Assembly (NCBI GenBank): GCA_044892525.1
Contig: CM097885.1
Location: 13,890,001-13,954,000 of the forward strand
Direction: 5' to 3'
DNA length: 64,000 nucleotides
Source: Schmidtea polychroa
Taxonomy: Eukaryota
The stretch's first letter is position 1. Every line of letters starts with the position of its first letter. The position numbers and the translations under genes are program-made. The notes under the pieces were generated by a model. It was not told the origin of the DNA, did no database searches, and worked only from the letters and a program-made list of their open reading frames with translations. Below are positions 1-12,195 of the stretch, one piece after another.

Positions 1-2267
1 ATTAAATCCCATTCATAGAAATGATGCCAATAATTGTTATATATCATTTTATTTGTTTAAATATACCGTTTTAAGCAAATAGAAAATACTATTTGGAATT
101 AAATGATACAGCTTGCTGGCCTTTAACACTTACTAATAAAATGCTGGATGTCTTAATCGAAAAAGGGCCAATTCAAAATATACAAACTATATATCAAAAT
201 AATGAATTGGGAATATCATTTTCATCGATTTATATCTGTAGAAAAATGCCAAATGCCGAAAAATGATGCCATATTTTGTTTCTGTTGTAAACTATTTAGC
301 AAACAAGTAATAAAATAAAAGTAAATCTGAAAACCTGAAAAAAACATCGAAAATTGCATCAATTAGAAAAATTTAGAATTAAATTTAAAAATAAAAATTA
401 CAATTGATATGTTTGGTATGTTTGATATCTGTGATACAATTTCTGGCAGGACAGGGATTAGCTTTTAATTTTTGATTATATATGTAGCTATCATAATAAA
501 CATTAAAGATTAAGACTTTTTTTTCTTATGTCATCTCTGAGGCGGCCATATAGACTGGCACCATGCGGTCATTCACCCAAACACGGCATTGTTCCTAACT
601 AATGAATTTGTGGTAGCAATTTCAAAACCCAGTAATTTATAGAGAAATGTTTATACTTTGCATTTATCAAGATGTAAAAGTATATTTTGTTAGGTACTCC
701 TTGAACTGAAGTTAATGATATTTGTTAATTTAAATTTGTTACATTGTAAATTTGTCAAAATTAATATTGTATAAATAAATTTAACTTTGCAATTAGTCTT
801 ATTGATTATTTTCACCATTAATCTATTATTATTTAACACGAGATTTTGGCACAGCCTTTTTTTAAAAAATATTTTTTAAATAATAGGCTGTGCCGAAATT
901 TTGTGTTAAATGGATAAAATTCTTAATCTAGTCTAAAAACAAATTAAGGGCATTTTGTTGACCTGTTTAGAATCTGTCGATTTACAATGCAATTTTTGAC
1001 ATCGGACTTAGTGGTTTTTGAAAATGAATATTAACTGAAATATTTATTTTCAGAATTCCTAGACAGTAATCGTGTAAGATTTATATGCAATATCATATGT
1101 AGTATTTGGTAAAATTATCATTACACAGAATCTGGTGTTCTATGTAAGTAAAATATTTAATCACATATTTATTTCTTCATTAATTTCACTGTTTGTTTTT
1201 ATAGATTTGTTTTGATTTATTGAAAATTTATGTTTGTTTTGTAAATTTATTTATTTATTGATTAAATGTAAATGGGATTCAATAATAAATGTATTGAATA
1301 TTGTGTTGTAATAATGAGCTGATTTTTCTATTGACTCCTTTATTTATGACAACTGGGAACATTTCTGTCCAGTCAATGCCAATAAGTTATGAACACATTT
1401 TCAAGCTTAATTAACATTCTTACGTTATGATGATTTTTAAATTTATAATGTTTCTGAAACATTAATCTATGTAAAATCTGCATGTGAAATAATATGATTA
1501 TTGCATGGTTGATTTAACAGCAGTGTGGGTATTTGAAACTTGTAATGCATGACATTTTTTGGAAAAACAATAACCGCTGTAATCGGTTATTGGTTGGGAA
1601 AAATCATCAGAAATGAAAAATACTTGCAGTAGTCAGTCAAATTCAACTGGTAAATTTGTTTCCGATGAAAATGAAAACAAATTATCTGCTGCAAAGCTAA
1701 TAACAATATTTGTATTAATGAGGAAATAGAAAGTATAATAATAACTGAGTGCAATATCAGTGAAATTGAAGAAGCATGTGGAATTAAATGATACATCTTG
1801 CTGGCATTTAACACTTACTAAGTTAGCACTTACAGACTTGAGTTTTTGAATATTTGAAAATTTTCCAAGAGTAATGGATTCCACTAAATGTGCTATGAAA
1901 AATTATATAAAAATTTTGATCCGCATTTTTTCAGCTTCATGAAATAAAAATTATATGCAATTCACAGTCCTCAAAACATTTAAAGTTTTTACCTTGTGAT
2001 AATCTGAGAATACAAAGATGTATCTGGTCTCACGTTATCTTGGTGGAATATCACTCTAGTTCTGACCATTTGAAATTTAATAGACGTTAAGCCAGAAACT
2101 ATTTCAAAACTTAGCCATTACTTGTGACCCATGATACTCGGGTATTTGTGTTAGTACCAAATAATTAGATTTTAAACTATTAATGATAAATTTGTATATT
2201 TGAGTATATTAATAATAAAAGAATTTGATCTGTTTTCAAAATGAAAATAAATGAAATATTTCTACTA

Positions 2268-3064
2268 CCCTAATTTCATGCGTATAAGCCACGGGTTATA
2301 CAAGAAAAAGTTACTTTTCTGGAAAATTTAATGGAGCGGGTAATACATTAATTTTTTTATTAAATATAATTTTTTTAAAGTTTTAATATTTGTCTTAAAA
2401 GTTTTATTAAAAGTTACAAAAGTTTCGTACATTTTTAAGTCTGAATGAATTAGCATATCACATAGTGTAATTAAATTTTATTCAAAACCATTTAATTCCT
2501 CGCCAGACTCAATATTAAATGCTTCTAGAATATCACTATATTGCTCAAGAATTGGAACTCTGACAATCTCTGACAATACTTTCATCCACACAATATTCAC
2601 GACCCGTATTTCTGTTGCCATTTTCTTCTGCATATTTGACTACTTTTAATTTGAATTTGGCGGTATATGACTTACGTTTTGGTGGCATTTTTGTTTGTTT
2701 TTATTTTAAATCCATAACATTTATAATATAAATAGAACATTTTCAAAACTAATCGATATTATTTAAAATTAATATTTTATTATTTAACAAGATTTATATT
2801 TGTATTGAATTAAAGTTCGTAAACAATAGCACGTGTTTTTCACAAGTTTAAAAGGGGTGTTATTCAGTTGGTTGTCAAGTTTATTGTATGGATGGGTATA
2901 CGCATCTATTAATATATAGCATTTGTATGACAGCCTATAAAAGTACATTCATAGGTAAAAAATATATTGACTCTATTTTAAGTACGGGTTATACGTGAAG
3001 AATTTTATTTTTTATGGAAGCTATTGAAATTTATTAGGTGCGGGTTATACGCAAGAAATTAGAG
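2268..3064 (-). mobile_element. Internally deleted pogo/Tigger-type DNA transposon
   Basis: TIRs CCCTAATTTCATGCGTATAA / TTATACGCAAGAAATTAGAG flanked by TA; minus-strand remnant from 2688 reads MPPKRKSYTAKFKLKVVKYAEENGNRNTGREY (Brinker-type DNA-binding domain of pogo transposases). Confidence 0.8.
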
Positions 3065-3381
3065 TATATTTAAATTAATCAACAAACTCAAACATGAATA
3101 CATCAGTTCATTACGCAATCTAAGCCTTTTATGCTTCCTCACAGACAGATTATATATATTAAATATTATAATATGGCTATGGATAAATCTCGGTTACTCT
3201 ATATCTTGTATCTAATATTCAATATTTATTTCACTAAATCCTGGATTGAAATCTAGATGAGTTTCCCATTATAGATCAATGTTTAATAGTAGAAAACTAA
3301 ATGAGGATTTTATTGAATTTTATATCTGGACCAGCCTTACATGAAAACAAAAAATATAAAATTCTTCTATGCATTTTTATA

Positions 3382-3554
3382 TTATTAAAAAGAGCTTGAA
3401 GACTATAAATCAGTAATGTATCGATGTTTTTTGATACTCATGAATTTTCGGCACTGCCTAAATTCACTTGAAAAAGGCAGTGCCGAAAATTCGTGAGTAT
3501 CAAAAAACATCGATGTATTATTGATTTATAGTCTTCAAGCTCTTTTTTTAATAA
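3382..3554. repeat. Near-perfect hairpin (foldback/MITE-like), ~75-bp arms
   Basis: AAGAGCTTGAAGACTATAAATC...CGGCACTGCCT mirrored by AGGCAGTGCCG...GATTTATAGTCTTCAAGCTCTT; single-arm relatives at ~12040, ~37085, ~46010 and a related small hairpin at ~830-910. Confidence 0.8.
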
Positions 3555-3719
3555 ATTCAATGGAAAAAATAATCCGTGGTGGAATTGGAAACAAAAAATT
3601 CTTATAATTTTTATATTAATAAATACTTATACATTTATATTCGAAGGTAGCATATTTTAGATATTGATTTTTTTTCAGCAAATAGTTTATGCTTTTTAAT
3701 TTAACTTAGTCTGCTTTAG

Positions 3720-4509
3720 AGACCTGAAATGTGGAAATCTCCTAGTGAAAGATGATGGAATAATTCAAATTGCTGACTTCGGTGTCGCCGCTTTTCTCGC
3801 TGCTCAACCAATGCATACAACTGGTGCAAGTTTAGATAATAAACGCTTCACATTTGTTGGGACGCCATGTTGGATGGCGCCAGAAGTCATGCAGCAAGTA
3901 TTTAAATCGACTGTCAAATATTCCCTACGAATTATTGTGTAGGTTAAAGGACATAATCAGAAAGCCGATATCTGGTCCTTGGGGATTACGACAATAGAAT
4001 TGGCGGCTGGCCAAGCTCCTTATGCCAAATATGCTCCAATGAAAGTAAAGTAGTTGCTATATTAAATAGCCATTATAAAACAGAAATATACGTATAAATA
4101 TTTAAGTGAATTTGTTAGGTATTGATGTTAACGTTGCAAAATGAATCTCCTGATATCGACACAGCTGCTAGTAGTTGTAATCAGTATTCAAATTACGGTC
4201 AGAAATATAGAAAATTTACCAAAGCTTGTCTTAACAAAGATCCTGCCATGCGCCCCAGTGCAAAAGAACTTCTGCAATCGCAATTTATTAAATCTAAAGC
4301 CAAAGTTTGTGTTATATATTTAATTGAAAAATATTATATCGATTAATAATTTCTTTGTAAATCTCAGTTTAATTTTTATTTTCTAAAGGCCCCTTCAAGC
4401 CTTTATTTATTTGTGATTGGGGAAATGTGAATTCCGCTCTTCCGGGGCTTTAACAGCAGTATTTTGAAACATTAAGGTATCGCAAATGCTCATTAATAAA
4501 GAAGAAATC

Positions 4510-4605
<96 letters not shown>

Positions 4606-4797
4606 TTAATAATAATAAATGAATTAAAATAATTGATAATTATAATAAATAATAATAATAAATAAATAATAATTGACAAGGACAAGTTGAACATTTTTTC
4701 ATTAAATACATTATTTGCGCAAAAGGCTTAAATTATCATTTATTGTTTTAATTAAATAATAATTATAATAAATAGTAATTTTAATAATAATAATAGT

Positions 4798-4860
<63 letters not shown>

Positions 4861-4918
4861 TTAATAATAATAAATAAATAATAATAATTAATTAATAATT
4901 ATAATAAATAGTAATAAT

Positions 4919-4997
<79 letters not shown>

Positions 4998-5013
4998 TTA
5001 ATAATAATAAATG

Positions 5014-5092
<79 letters not shown>

Positions 5093-8000
5093 TTAATAAT
5101 AATAAATGAATAATAATAATTGATAATAAAAAAATAATTAATAATAATAATAATAAATAATGTAATAATAAATAATATAATAATAATAATTAATAATAAT
5201 AATAATAACCAATGTTATGAGTAAGACTGTGAATATATCATGTAATATCTACATTGTACTCAAAATAGCAGTATGAGTAATATTCTCCCCGCACATTCAC
5301 ACATTTACTGCTATCCATTCGAGGTTCAACGCCAAACAGAAATTCTTCTATTTTAAACTCGTTAAGGTTTTGATGTCTTATGATAGAATCTATAAATTTC
5401 CAAATGCTAAGGTGTGTTATAAATAATTTATTTCATTATTGCTAGTAATTGTTATTCGAGCAATTGCCCATTCGTAAAGCAATTTTCCGAGTAATTTCCA
5501 CAAAATCATAATGAATATATACCAGGATTCCTGGGCTTGCGAATAAACGTTATTGTTCCTTGCTTATTTACAAAACTCCTTAATTAAAACCCTTTTAACC
5601 AAGCTTATATAAAGTGTTAAACTTCAAAGCATCTATTTAGCTATAATCTAAACAATAAATCAGAAAGAATTGACCGTTTCGTTACTCTATATATATTTCC
5701 ATAATTGCAAGTTTTCCCACTTGTTTGATGATAATATGTTAATATAATTGCAAATGCTAACCATTAATAATTTCATCGGCAGGTAGAGGTCGCAATCCCG
5801 GGATCCTTGAGAAACCCTTCTAATTATTAACTAATTTTTAAAAAAATAAAAAATCATTTACATCGTTTGTATTTATGATTTTGTGCTGTTATTTTAATGA
5901 ATTTATAAATTTAATTTTTATTTTGTTAACAAAGAATATTTAATTTACTCATTTTTATTTTATCATTTTAAGTTTTTTTATATAAAATAAAAGATAAGCA
6001 GTTATCAGAAAATTTAAGAAAAACCATATTTTGCTACATATATATTTTTAATTCCAAGTTTATTAATTTATTTCTTACTTTATCATAGATTTAGCGATGA
6101 CAAATAAGGTAGAAGTATGGAAATTTTACGACAGATCAGAAACAGAAGCATCTGCTAAATGCAAACGCTGTCCACAAATTATTAAGACGATAGGAGGATC
6201 TACTAACGGACATCATACACATTTAAAAAGTAGTCATAATAGTAACAATTTCGGGATTTCGCGTATCAATAGTATCAAGTGTATTATTCGGAGCGAGGTT
6301 TTTCAGCTGCCGGAATTTTATGCACTAAATTTCGTTCACGTTTAAATGACGATACTGTCGATTCATTGTGTTTCTTTCGAGGATTTTTTCACTAACAGTC
6401 AAAAATAAACTAATTTAAAATAAACATTTTATAAGTCAATAAAAATATATTTTTTTCTTACCAAATCTATAATATAATAATAATAAATAATGAATTTTGT
6501 GAATTTTATATGTAATGTTTTCTTTTTTTCTAAATAAAAAAAACTTATATAATTAAATTCTTTACAATGTTTTCAGTTTTTCCAAATAAATAATAACAAA
6601 ATTCTACTAGGTTGATTGAAAAAAGGCTCCTGGATATCGATCCCTAATTGGCAGAGAATGTTTTTTTATTTTCCAGGTTAAAAATGTTCTTTCTGGTCAA
6701 AATATTCTAACAAAATTCTTTTTTGGTCTCTTCTTTTTTCAAAAAAAATTATTACCACAAGATTTACATATGTTGATTATATACTTAGTGGAACAATTTG
6801 ACTTATACAAGAAAGTTGAAGTTTTTTGCAAAGAAGATAATTCCAAATAAATTTAAATGAAAGATTTATTGTAAAAAAATTGTTACATATAATTTTACCA
6901 CACCAACACATGAGTAAATAATATTAATATTCATATTTTTAAGGATAGAGAATCTTTAATAAAAGTGTTATTAAGCGAAGACACTTTGCCATTTGAACGT
7001 CAAAGATCCGACGAAAATCTATGTCCGGAAAAAACACCCACAAAGGTGTTCTCGAATATATATTTAGTTGTCTATTGACTTATTAATTGTATCACAGACC
7101 TTCAGTGGTGAATGGAATTTCGATTTGCAGCCTTTAGGAGATCATTTAAATGACATCGATAAGAAAGAAAGTGAAGATAAAGCGGAAAATGAAGTAAAAT
7201 TATTTAATATAAAAAATGTTACCAATAAATAATAATTAGACATTTGAAAACTTAGAACCAATCTCTTATCGTATCACTCTCCGAAAGCGCAATCCGAAAA
7301 AGAATAATGAGTTAGAGGATATTAGTTTTGACTACGTGATTGGGAAAGGTTTTCCAATTCATTTTGTGCATTGAATTTATTTGGTCTTGTCATTAGATTC
7401 AGTAGAATTATTGGTTCGCGAATTGGTTGAAGCGGATTTGTTAGACGGTTGTGATTTATTATTAGGTAATTTTCATTGAATTTTTAATATTAAAAAATTT
7501 TAACATTTTTAAGCAAAACTTAATTTTATTTATTGTATTAATATTTTTCATATTGAAACTTCAAAAATTTGTTAGTTATGAATATAATATTTTATCTAAT
7601 TTATAAAATGCTAATTGAAGCTGGGGAAAAATTCTTAATTGATTTTAATAATTAATGAAATTGTTAATGACAATCGATATTCGAAATATTTAAATTAATC
7701 AATATGAATATATATCAACTATAATGTTTAATCATCCTTTGAAGCCTGGTCCTTATTATAATCATCCACGTTTCTCGACACTGATCAGGGTATCTGTGCT
7801 GACAGAGCAACTCGTACACTTCATCGGCCACCTCATAATCTGACAGACAAATGGAACCTGTATCATTAGCTGCGGTGATTTTCTTGACTTGACATTTCTC
7901 AATATCTGCCTCATTTGCTGGTGAAGGACCACTCTGTTCAAATTGATTCATAATACTCGTTACAAAATTGTCGAAACTTTGATCTGAAAATATGTAATCT

Positions 8001-10196
8001 GACGAATCGGATCTAAAATCCAGCGGCAGCAATCCACCAAATAAATTTGATATTAGTTTGCCAAAAACACTATTTCTGTTATAAGGATCTCTTGGAGTCA
8101 TAGAAAAGGAACCATCAGTTTCGTTTGTAGTACTTCCAACAGGAACATGACGAATAATATGGAAAAACATTCAAGGCATCATCATCATTTTCAATTGAGT
8201 TATCAGATTCCATTCTTTCAATAAATCCATCCATGCACGTCACACATTTACCATCCTGAGATATGTGAACGTCCCTGTTGCATTGAAGAGAATAGTAATT
8301 ATCGTTAAGTCATTAAAGAACCAAAATCCGAATATCAATTTTTATTAAATCCAATAGACGCGAGAACCGATAATTAACCAATAATATATAATTTATTTGA
8401 CTTATTATTAATATGTGATAAAAATGAAATAATGTTATTTTCTTAAATTTTTATTTCGAAAATTCACCATTTGAAATTATTAATCTAGTTCAGCGGTCGG
8501 CAACCTATGGCACGTGGAAGGTTATTTTGTGGCATGCTTTGAAAATTTTAGTAAACTTCCCGCTTTACTAATTTGTTCAGTTTATGCACATTTTTGTGTG
8601 CATATATATTATGGGTGACTTTTATTCAAAGAAATGTGTCATAAATCAATGAACCTTTGTCCAAAAACAATGAAATTTTAAATGAGTTCTCTCATATAGT
8701 TAAAAAAGGATCATCCACGAAATATATAGAGGAAACGTTTTACAATATGTTTTTAGTTGCCACTGCATTTGCATTACTTTTTAGTTCTTTATGCATTACA
8801 CGTTCATTATACTTTTCAAAGTCGTTGCTTATTGGATTTCATTGATCAGACAGTCTCACAATAAAATATATTAGTGGACTTTATTAATTTGTTCACGCAC
8901 TTAGTCAAAGTTGAAATATTTTCCACGCTCACTGTACAAACGTAATAGCATACAAACGTAATTCCACTGATATTAAAAATCGCAATGATCTGTTAACATG
9001 AGGTTGTAAAAAAGTCATATCCCTAATGTACATACATATATACTAATGTTTGACGACGTGAGTGTGTTCGGCGGCAGATAGTTAACTACAACGTGAATGA
9101 ATTCTCATACATAACCAAACATTGAGGTGTTAGCTTCCAAAGTTGAAACTCAAAGGAGTCACTTATATTTTCATATTGTAATTTTTTATGATGGTTTTAT
9201 GAAGTGTGTATATTATAGTTACATAAAATTGACTTTATTAAGATTTCTAGTTTTATTTGATTGTCACTTGGAGTGGTTAGTACTTTTAATTACCATTTTT
9301 GACATTCGAGTGCATTTGAGTTGCCGACAACTGATCTAGTCCATTTTATTGATTTATTGGAGAGGGTGTTAATGTCAACATTAAAAATTTTTGAAGCGGA
9401 CATATACACTAACAATAGTTAAACTTGATATTAATGTAAGGAAGAATGATAAATAAATCTTACACAAATAATTAAACTAATCTATTACATAATAATATGT
9501 CAAAATCATAGTTATCGTAGATCAGAGGTTATTTATGATGTCTGGTGGTTCTGTTTGAATGTTGATATGTATGTGTATTTGCATGTATTCTGTATCAGTA
9601 ATTAGTTAACCAACAAACTCACTTTTTAGGTATTATGCAACGAAGAGCTATATTATTAATAATAAATATTAAATTATTTATCAGTATTATATTTTATTCA
9701 TAAAACATTTACGTGAATTATTATTGGTAATATTAGATTATTTATATCAATAATTCATCAATATGATAATTTACTATTTCTATTTATGACATAATTGTGC
9801 AATTAAATAAACATTGTTATTACAAATTTTTTTGTATTTAAATAGCTTACAAACCAATGAAAAAGTAGCCAAAGATAAAGTATTAATACAGAAAGCTAAA
9901 TAATACTTTTAAATTCATCTTACTATTATGGTAAAATCTTTAATTTTAAGCTGGCCTATAATCTGTTTGTTTATATTTCATTTATTTTCATTATGACAAA
10001 ATATCGAATAATTTTGGAAAATTAATTTTTCATTTTTAGAAAAAGACATTTAGTAACAATATTTACATTTTATAAATAGTTTTTATATTTTGCTTTTTGT
10101 TTATTTTAATATTTTAAGCGCCTCATTACATGAACGAAATAGTTGCCAAATCCATCGGTTAAGGAGTGTTTATTTTCGTGACCAATAAGAGAGGAG

Positions 10197-10255
<59 letters not shown>

Positions 10256-10570
10256 TGATAATAAAAACAATAATTACTTAAACATGCACGGAAACGATTA
10301 AATTATTAGAAAGTGCCAATCAAACATTCGTTTCACGATATATATTTTCCTGTCATCATTTCTAAAGGATGAAATATTTTATTAAAATATTCGATATAAT
10401 TAATAAATCTGTTCAAAAATCTATAATTTCTATAGTTATTATATCCTACCTGAAGATAAGAGGAAAACTGTCGAAATATGTCGTGAATAAAAATAATGAT
10501 AATAATTATAATAAATAATAATAATAATAATAAAGATAAGTAGTGATAGAAATTTCATTTATGAAACATT

Positions 10571-10611
<41 letters not shown>

Positions 10612-11078
10612 GAATATGCATAAATCTTTCCTTTTTCGTATTCACTATTATTATAAGGTAGATATTAAAACAATATAACCATAATGGAGGGAAGTCTTAA
10701 TATACTATAATGATATATTTACAAAAATGTCCTATACTTTTGAAAAGAAATTTATTTAACGAAATGCAAAATAGTAATTTAAAGTGCACTAAAATTGGAG
10801 GCTATAAATAAGTAACAGTTTATTTATTAAATATTATTGATAATCTTATCTTATAACAATAATAGAGGTGTCCTATACTTTTGAAACAAGGTATATATAT
10901 AAACATTACAAGTTTTGTGATACCCAGTGCAAACCCCAATAGTAGACTAGTTTCGAGCTTTTGGCTCCCATCATTACTATGCGTGAGGCGCTGGACACCA
11001 TGCTATGACACTGGATATCACATCAATTGCAAATTAGCTAATTCACAGAAAAAATACCTGTAAACTTGTAAACATGGC

Positions 11079-11116
<38 letters not shown>

Positions 11117-11631
11117 AGTATGTCCGCAATTTAGAAATGATGGTGAATTCCTATGGGTGTTACTTATATATCTACCGCCTGTGTTCCTATCGTTAAGTGA
11201 TATCAGAAGAGATCGTTGTATCAACCTTTACTCCACCATGTTGAAATCGTCACGCGAAGTGATGTACAATATGTTCTATTGCTTTGCGACGCTTAGGAAG
11301 CTAATAATCATTTTGTATGTCACGAGCTAACCTAAACTTAAAATATATTAATATAAATAGTTTTTAATTTGAAATTTTTTTTCATTTCTAAATATTTTAA
11401 GTGGCTCATAATATGTGCGAGTTGGTTGCCAATCCATCGGTTAGGGAGCGTGTATTTGCATTGGTGAGTTACTTTCACCGATATCCTCATTTGAAGATCA
11501 TTTAGAATTCTCCCCCGAGTACGGGTGTTGCCAATGAGCAAGAACTATATGGTTATGCTAAAGTTTTGCTCAGATTTTTCGGTGAGCCAAAACCATCAGA
11601 ACACATTGCGGCTAATTCCAAATATACCTGA
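3720..11631 (+). CDS. OXSR1/STK39-like: STE20-family kinase, OSR1/SPAK (Fray) type; 3' part, 9 exons: 3720-3897, 3943-4044, 4119-4304, 6944-7045, 7098-7193, 7240-7348, 7397-7465, 11402-11463, 11506-11631; 5' exons not found in window
   Basis: Spliced translation gives [59 protein letters not shown] and a C-terminal CCT/PF2 domain ([61 protein letters not shown]). All introns are GT-AG with consistent phases; AATAAA at ~11703. Confidence 0.9.
4511..5208. repeat. (AAT)n microsatellite tract, imperfect
   Basis: Directly visible. Confidence 0.95.
5784..6646 (+). mobile_element. Internally deleted hAT transposon
   Basis: BED zinc finger remnant ([25 protein letters not shown]) followed by a hAT dimerisation remnant ([31 protein letters not shown]); degenerate TIRs TAGAGGTCGCAATCC / GGATATCGATCCCTA; approximate 8-bp TSD ATCGGCAG/ATTGGCAG. 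Confidence 0.75.
7760..8313 (-). pseudogene. Intronless RNF126/RNF115-like RING-H2 E3 ligase pseudogene inside a kinase intron
   Basis: N-terminal zinc ribbon remnant [21 protein letters not shown], then a frameshift, [25 protein letters not shown] and a damaged, truncated RING-H2 ([23 protein letters not shown]). Confidence 0.75.
8491..9333. mobile_element. Non-autonomous hAT (Charlie-like) element
   Basis: TIRs CAGCGGTCGGCAAC / GTTGCCGACAACTG; 8-bp TSD ATCTAGTT/ATCTAGTC. Confidence 0.85.
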
Positions 11632-12195
11632 ACAGCTCAAATTTAGTCTTCTATTATTAATTTATTATAAATCATGAACATTCATATTTGACTGATCTGA
11701 TCAATAAACTGTCACATGCAAAATATTTTGATATTTATTTTATAAATTATTATTATTATTAATATTATATTTTGTTACTTCCACATGAAACCATTTTACT
11801 TCATTTCATAGATATATAATGGTTTTAGGTGCATTGGTGAGAAAGGGAGTGATATTATCTTGTTGATATTAATATTATTATTCATGATGTCATCATGATA
11901 ATTTCATTGGTTGATTGTATTACTTTCAATTGTAACATATATTGTTCGTTGATTAATTTCTTTTTAAAATAAATTTATTTCTTTTCGTTAATTTCAAAGC
12001 TCTCAAAATATTTCCCCGCTTTTTGAACGTTTTGAAAATCACTTGAAAAAGGCAGTACCGAAAATTCGTGAATATCAAAAAACATCGATATATTTACTGA
12101 TTCATAGTCAAGCTTTCTAATAAATACAATGTCAATGGAAAAGAAATCAGTGGTGAAAATTGAAATTCAATATTTAAAAAACAATTTTAAATGCA
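9840..12195 (+). repeat. Duplicon carrying the kinase last intron and terminal exons; copies at ~34228-37230 and (partial) ~45080-46165
   Basis: Long colinear, nearly identical sequence in all three places. Confidence 0.9.

Noticed and set aside
2935..2960. ATTCATAG|GTAAAA as the missing IHR kinase exon end
   Set aside because: Lies inside the pogo element with an in-frame stop just upstream and no kinase-like sequence.
11338..11541. Conserved minus-strand 67-aa ORF in three copies
   Set aside because: It is the antisense of the real kinase terminal exons within the duplicon.
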